Source: Bacteroidota bacterium (GTDB lineage: Bacteria; Bacteroidota; Bacteroidia; NS11-12g; UBA955). From it: a stretch of 32,547 nt of DNA. The stretch is taken from contig CANFUB010000002.1 in NCBI GenBank assembly GCA_947450015.1, positions 1 through 32,547 on the forward strand, given 5' to 3'. Made by a program: the position numbers and the translations under genes. A model generated the notes under the pieces. That model had not been told where the DNA came from. It made no database searches and saw only the letters and a program-made list of their open reading frames with translations. Of the stretch, positions 27,840-32,547 are shown one piece after another (the first letter of the stretch is position 1; the number at the start of each line of letters is the position of its first letter).

Positions 27840-30293
27840 TTAAATCTTGACATCGAGCCCGAACAAAAAATTAATTTTACTTTGAGGAAAATAAAAATTC
27901 TCGGTGATGGTTTCCTTCTTTAACACATATTTAAAAGTATAGCCATTGTTTGTGTAATTAATACTACCTAGGTTACCTACAACCCCTCTAAATACTAGCG
28001 TTGGCGCATTTTTTATTTTGATTTCCTTCTGAAAATTGAGGTTAATTATGCCATAAGAATTCAATTTTTGACCCTCATTTTTAGTGTTATCTAAATACTG
28101 TTTTCCAACATATTTTAGGTTGATTCCAATTTGTAAATTTTTAAGGTGTTTATCTGTTATTCCAAAATAACCAATTGTGTTAGGCGAAAATGAAATATCT
28201 GTGTTTTTATGAATCACTTTTATTTCATCATACTTATCAAAGAAATCGCCATAGTCGTAATAAACATCCGTAAATGATTTTATTTTATTCTGACTAAGGG
28301 TTAGGTTACCCTCGAAAGTAAGCTTGCCTTTCATTATAGACTTCATAGCGATAATTTCTATACCGCGTCTATAAGAAGCATCTACATTCCTTCTGATTGG
28401 ATTTCCAACATCATTGACAGCACCAGTCAAAACCAATTGATTCACATAGTTCATATAATAGGCATTCAATTGTACAAAATGGGTGCGACCTTTATTAATC
28501 CAACCCAATTCATAATCGGCCAACTGTTCAGACTTCGGTATGTCATTATTGGCGTTGTCTGTAAAGTCGCTGCGCACCGGCTCCCTATTGCCCTTACTAT
28601 AACTTGCATAGACTTGATTCTTTTTATTCATTTGGTAGTTGAAACCAAACTTTGGGTTGAAGAAATTGTAGGACTGATTAAAATTAACAATTTTTAAATC
28701 GGAACCAATACCTGAGCTGCTGTAATTAATTTTTCGGAATTGTAATTCTGCTAAAGCTTTTAAACCCTTTAATAAAGTATACTCCCCCTTTATGTAGCCA
28801 TTGAGTTCATTCTTTTCGCTTTTCGCGAGGTAGTAGTCTTGATCGTTGCCAAAAGGTTGGGCAATCTCTGCCCATACAACTTTTCCAAAATGTTTGCCTT
28901 GGTAACTTGTAGCGCCTATGCCTGCATTTAATTTTAAATTCTTGCCATTGTAATCGAGCGATGTGAAATTACCGAAGTAGATGTTGTCTAACCATTTCTG
29001 ACGCACCAAATCGGTTGAGGTAACGGTATCCTTATTCGGACTTACATAATTGTTGACTCCATAATTATAAAAGGAAGCACCTTCTTTAAATTCTTCATAA
29101 TACCCTTTGCCAGTTGTTGTAAAAAACGAAGACTTAAAATTTAACTTATTAAATTGTTTGCCAATATGCAATTGGTAATGGTTCTGCCAATAATTATCTG
29201 TTTGGTTTTTGTACGTATAGTAATTATAGGTTCTGCCGCTGTTTAATAAATTATCTGCTTGTGGTTTACTTAAACCATTTCTATTAATATAGGCTTGCAT
29301 GCCTGAGTCACTGTTCTCATATCTACTCTGTGGTGTTCCATACCATGATTGGTAGGTTTTTTCTTTGCCTCCAAAGCTCACCGCATTAATGGCCCATTTA
29401 TTTTTGTAATAATTCAAATTGAATTGAAAGGCAGATAAATTGCTGCTGGCCCTATCGATATAACCATCGCTTACGATTTTAGATAAGCGCCCACTGAAAG
29501 AAAAATTACCAATTCTACCGGTGCTGAATTTTAAATTGCTTTTTGAAGTATTGAATGAACCATAAGATTGCTGCATTTGAAAACCAGGCATGCTGTTGTT
29601 CTCTATATTGTTAATACTGATATTGGCACCGAACGATCCATTGCCATTGGTACTGGTACCTACACCGCGTTGCACTTGCACACTGTTTGTTGAACTGGCA
29701 AGGTCGGGCATGTTCACCCAATATACACCATGGCTTTCGGCATCGTTAATGGGCACACCATTAATGGTGACATTAATACGCGTAGCATCGCTACCCCTTA
29801 TGCGAATGCCTGTATAGCCAACGCCAGCACCAGCATCGCTGGTCGTAACAGCCGATGGGGTATTGCCAATTAGGTAAGTAAAGTCCTGCCCGAGGTTCTG
29901 TGCCCTTAATTCCTTTGCATCGATATTGGTATAAGCAAAGGCATTGTTCTTATCGACACGCGTAGCTTTTAAGATATAACCCGTTTGCTCAATGGGTTTT
30001 TCTTTTAGTATGATGGTTTGTTCAATCGCTCTTGATTGAATGGTGGTGCGGGATTCCCAATAGCCAAATTTTTGAATCACCAAGGTGTATGATTTACCCG
30101 GTACTATATAATACTGATTTTTATTGGGTATAAAATTACTGGAATCGCTTCCAATTATTTTGGAATAAAAATCTGTGACCGCATTGCTGTCTTCGTCGAC
30201 ACAAGTAAATGTGAAATTAAATTGTGGGATTTTGTTTTGAGCACTTGCACTAAGGCATGCAAACAAGAGGATGAGGGTGAACTTTATTTTCAT
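27840..30293 (-). CDS. TonB-dependent outer-membrane receptor.
   Basis: Signal peptide MKIKFTLILLFACLSASAQ. A plug domain (GIRIRGSDATRINVTINGVPIND ... VQVQRGVGTS) is followed by a long barrel of alternating beta strands rich in Y/N/G/F. The ORF-track start is GTG at 30338; I prefer the ATG at 30293. Confidence 0.75.
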   Translation of the reverse strand: MKIKFTLILLFACLSASAQNKIPQFNFTFTCVDEDSNAVTDFYSKIIGSDSSNFIPNKNQYYIVPGKSYTLVIQKFGYWESRTTIQSRAIEQTIILKEKPIEQTGYILKATRVDKNNAFAYTNIDAKELRAQNLGQDFTYLIGNTPSAVTTSDAGAGVGYTGIRIRGSDATRINVTINGVPINDAESHGVYWVNMPDLASSTNSVQVQRGVGTSTNGNGSFGANISINNIENNSMPGFQMQQSYGSFNTSKSNLKFSTGRIGNFSFSGRLSKIVSDGYIDRASSNLSAFQFNLNYYKNKWAINAVSFGGKEKTYQSWYGTPQSRYENSDSGMQAYINRNGLSKPQADNLLNSGRTYNYYTYKNQTDNYWQNHYQLHIGKQFNKLNFKSSFFTTTGKGYYEEFKEGASFYNYGVNNYVSPNKDTVTSTDLVRQKWLDNIYFGNFTSLDYNGKNLKLNAGIGATSYQGKHFGKVVWAEIAQPFGNDQDYYLAKSEKNELNGYIKGEYTLLKGLKALAELQFRKINYSSSGIGSDLKIVNFNQSYNFFNPKFGFNYQMNKKNQVYASYSKGNREPVRSDFTDNANNDIPKSEQLADYELGWINKGRTHFVQLNAYYMNYVNQLVLTGAVNDVGNPIRRNVDASYRRGIEIIAMKSIMKGKLTFEGNLTLSQNKIKSFTDVYYDYGDFFDKYDEIKVIHKNTDISFSPNTIGYFGITDKHLKNLQIGINLKYVGKQYLDNTKNEGQKLNSYGIINLNFQKEIKIKNAPTLVFRGVVGNLGSINYTNNGYTFKYVLKKETITENFYFPQSKINFLFGLDVKI

Positions 30294-30497
30294 TTGATTT
30301 TTAAAAAATAAAGTTGTGGGGTTTGAAATTAATAACACAACAGAACATTGGCTACTAACTCTAGTTTTTCCTGTCGCAGTAATTACACTTATCCAGGTAT
30401 TGTGGGTTTAATCTCAGCTAAATATTTTCAGCACCCCAAAACTTTGATGCAAAGGAAAGCAAAAATTTGAAATAAGATTTGAATAATTTTCTACAAC

Positions 30498-31916
30498 TTA
30501 TTTAAGTTGTTCAGCAACACTGTATAATAATGCCTCCTCAAACGGCTTAGCCATCAGCTGTAATCCTATTGGCATATTGGTAACACTGTCTATGCCCGCA
30601 GGGATAGAAATAGCTGGTATGCCCGCTAAATTAGATTGTACGGTAAATAAATCGGCCAAATACATCGCCACAGGATCACTTGATTTCTCGCCTATCTTAA
30701 AAGCAGGTGTGCTCGTCGTAGGCGTTAATATCAAATCATACGTTTCAAAAATCTCTAAAGTTTTTTGACGGATAAGTTGTCTGACTTTTTGTGCTTTGGT
30801 ATAATAAGCATCGTAATAATCGCTGCTTAAAACAAAAGTACCCAACATAATTCTGCGCTGCACCTCTGGACCAAATCCTTCGGTTCTGCTTTTCTTAAAC
30901 GTACTTTCTAAATCAGTTGCATTCGCACTTCTATAGCCATACATTAAACCAGAAAAGCGACTTAAATTACTACTTGCTTCGGCAGTGGTTAATACTTGGT
31001 AACAAGGCACCATGGCATCGAGGTATGGAAAATCGATTCCATGCACTTCATGTCCCTTGTCTTTTAATAACTGAATATAACTTTCGGTACTCGCTTTAAT
31101 TTGAGGATCGAGGCCCTTATTATTTAAACAATCGTTGATGTAAGCAATTTTCAATGGTTTACTTTGCGCAACTACTTCGCTACTATCAGCCTTTCTTTTG
31201 GCCATGGTGGCATCGTTCTCGTCTTCCCCTGCAATGATGCTCATCAACAAAGCCATGTCACTTATACTAGCTGTAAACGGACCGATTTGATCGAAACTAC
31301 TTGCAAAGGCAATGAGGCCCCAGCGACTGATGCGACCATAGGTTGGATAAAGCCCATAAAGACCCGTAAAGGCTGCTGGCTGTCTGATAGATCCTCCGGT
31401 ATCGCTACCCAATGATGCTAAACACATATCGGCTTGTACTGCTACTGCGCTTCCCCCACTACTGCCACCTGGCACACGGCTGGTATCGACAGCATTCAAC
31501 ACAGGACCAAAAGCAGAATTTTCATTTGAAGCACCCATGGCGAATTCATCGCAATTGGTACGCCCAATAATAATGGCATCTTCGGCTAACAAACGTTCGA
31601 CAACAGTTGCAGAAAAAAGTGAGGTAAAACCGCCTAGTATTTTAGATGATGCAGATGAATGATGGCCTTTGTAAACAATATTATCTTTAATAGCGATGAC
31701 CATACCCGCTAATTTACCAGCAGTTTTATTTTCTATTTTTTGTTGAATAGAAAGCGCATTGGTTTTGGCTTCTTCAGAAAAAACTTCTAAAAAGGCATTT
31801 AAACCAGCGTGCTGATTGATTTGCTCGAGATAATAATCGACTAAAGCAGGTAATGTAAGTTGACCAGCAGAGATTTCAGATTGAATGTCTGCTAGTGATG
31901 AAAAGCGTTTTTTCAT
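30498..31916 (-). CDS. gatA: Glutamyl-tRNA(Gln)/aspartyl-tRNA(Asn) amidotransferase subunit A.
   Basis: 472 aa with the amidase signature (GGSSGGSAVAVQADMC), the IAIKDNI ... GRTNCDEFAMG motifs, and the GatA N-terminus MKKRFSSLADIQSEISAGQLT. Confidence 0.85.
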   Translation of the reverse strand: MKKRFSSLADIQSEISAGQLTLPALVDYYLEQINQHAGLNAFLEVFSEEAKTNALSIQQKIENKTAGKLAGMVIAIKDNIVYKGHHSSASSKILGGFTSLFSATVVERLLAEDAIIIGRTNCDEFAMGASNENSAFGPVLNAVDTSRVPGGSSGGSAVAVQADMCLASLGSDTGGSIRQPAAFTGLYGLYPTYGRISRWGLIAFASSFDQIGPFTASISDMALLMSIIAGEDENDATMAKRKADSSEVVAQSKPLKIAYINDCLNNKGLDPQIKASTESYIQLLKDKGHEVHGIDFPYLDAMVPCYQVLTTAEASSNLSRFSGLMYGYRSANATDLESTFKKSRTEGFGPEVQRRIMLGTFVLSSDYYDAYYTKAQKVRQLIRQKTLEIFETYDLILTPTTSTPAFKIGEKSSDPVAMYLADLFTVQSNLAGIPAISIPAGIDSVTNMPIGLQLMAKPFEEALLYSVAEQLK

Positions 31917-31936
31917 GCACCCAAAAAATACAGCAA

Positions 31937-32137
31937 TTATTTAGCGTCAGTTGATTTGTCCTGAGGTTTTTCTTGCATGCCTTTTTCAATTTCGCTTCTA
32001 ACATTGTTTTTAGCATTTTGAAATTCACGCATTCCTTGGCCAACACCACGCATTAATTCTGGAATTTTTTTACCACCGAAAAGAATAAGAATCGCAACAA
32101 TTATTAAGATAATTTCCGTTGCTCCTAGATTTCCCAT
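31937..32137 (-). CDS. tatA: Twin-arginine translocase subunit TatA/E.
   Basis: 66 aa with an N-terminal transmembrane helix ([18 protein letters not shown]), an amphipathic helix and a charged tail. It lies 20 nt upstream of gatA on the same strand. Confidence 0.8.
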   Translation of the reverse strand: MGNLGATEIILIIVAILILFGGKKIPELMRGVGQGMREFQNAKNNVRSEIEKGMQEKPQDKSTDAK

Positions 32138-32161
32138 ATTATTAATTTATTTAATTGAATG

Positions 32162-32190
32162 CAAAGGTAACGAATAATCAGCATTTGCAA
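32162..32190 (-). promoter_or_regulatory. Candidate sigmaA promoter (-33 TTG, 18-nt spacer, -7 TACCTTTG) for tatA(-gatA).
   Basis: The plus strand reads CAAAGGTA at 32162-32169 and CAA at 32188-32190. The -7 box is 25 nt upstream of the tatA ATG. Confidence 0.3.
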
Positions 32191-32276
32191 GAAAATTATT
32201 TAATTGTTGAAATGCTTATTTTAATCTATTGTCCTTTTAAAGTATCTAAGCCTCAATTTAAGTCGTCCTAGAAATC

Positions 32277-32547
32277 TTATTTCTTGGGGCCCTTTGGCTG
32301 CAATGGTCGTACTTCTAAATTCACTTGGTGAAAATTATCAGGTGTTTTTAGAGCATATACCATCATTGCGGCCACATCGTGGGGCATTAGCATGTAATCG
32401 TGGGGTTGAATGTTCGGACTGTTGCGGAAAAAATCTGTTTTGGTAGAGCCCGGATATACGCAGGTCACTTTGATTTTAAAATCTCTTAGTTCGCGCCAAA
32501 GACTCTCCGAAAACCCTTTAACAGCCCATTTAGTAGCGCAATAACCG
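32277..32547 (-). CDS. Short-chain dehydrogenase/reductase (SDR) family, C-terminal part. The CDS continues beyond the window edge.
   Basis: The minus-strand frame is open to the window end and translates to GYCATKWAVKGFSESLWRELRDFKIKVTCVYPGSTKTDF, which is the SDR YxxxK active-site region and the PG motif. Confidence 0.7.
   Translation of the reverse strand, partial: GYCATKWAVKGFSESLWRELRDFKIKVTCVYPGSTKTDFFRNSPNIQPHDYMLMPHDVAAMMVYALKTPDNFHQVNLEVRPLQPKGPKK

Noticed and set aside
30294-30338. N-terminal 15-aa extension of the TonB-dependent receptor from the ORF-track GTG start.
   Set aside because: The internal ATG at 30293 immediately precedes a canonical signal peptide; the extension is non-hydrophobic and GTG-initiated.
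1-32547. CRISPR arrays, tRNA or rRNA genes, and IS elements or integrases.
   Set aside because: I found no regularly spaced direct repeats, no tRNA-like T-arm or acceptor signatures in the intergenic gaps, and no transposase- or integrase-like ORFs. The ssb duplication lacks flanking inverted repeats.

Overview
This 32.5 kb window is low-GC chromosomal DNA that I assign to Bacteroidota, because three proteins carry T9SS C-terminal sorting domains (one type A, two type B with PKD arrays). Gene density is high (about 29 CDS, no rRNA, tRNA, CRISPR or transposase), with housekeeping genes (gatA, tatA, SDR, TspO, ssb) interleaved with accessory functions. Listed 5' to 3', the recognisable genes are:
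- 1..510: 3'-truncated proline-iminopeptidase-family hydrolase.
- 542..2851: fused ethanolamine ammonia-lyase (EutB+EutC in one ORF) with a signal-like N-terminal extension.
- 2891..3322: VOC/glyoxalase-like protein.
- 3465..3890: strong Arr-family rifampin ADP-ribosyltransferase homolog.
- 4005..4748: Tyr-rich putative lipoprotein.
- 4832..5299: TspO.
- 5879..7186: T9SS type A cargo protein.
- 7427..8271: two tandemly duplicated short ssb genes.
- 8539..9483: small secreted plus membrane hypothetical pair.
- 9655..10593: AraC regulator, convergent with the DUF779 + AcoD/ExaC-like aldehyde dehydrogenase operon at 10590..12563.
- 12994..16695: 1233-aa T9SS type B PKD protein.
- 16998..18899: flotillin/SPFH protein with internally repeated N-terminus.
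- 18988..19728: TauE/SafE permease.
- 19725..20276: GNAT acetyltransferase.
- 20273..20902: K/E-rich coiled-coil hypothetical.
- 21018..21858: PhnB-like VOC + SRPBCC pair.
- 22088..27646: 1852-aa T9SS type B PKD giant.
- 27840..30293: TonB-dependent receptor.
- 30498..31916 and 31937..32137: gatA and tatA.
- 32277..32547: 5'-truncated SDR.
I see no hallmark of a mobile element or of a canonical defence system. The points most worth a second look are the exported-looking fused EutBC, the chromosomal Arr, the ssb tandem duplication, recurring GTCAA-N5-TTGAC palindromes, and the SPFH protein with a tetrarepeat N-terminus. Several ORF-track starts are TTG or GTG; in-frame ATGs supported by Bacteroidetes -7 boxes (TAnnTTTG) are preferred where noted. 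All coordinates were read by eye and could be off by one or two bases.
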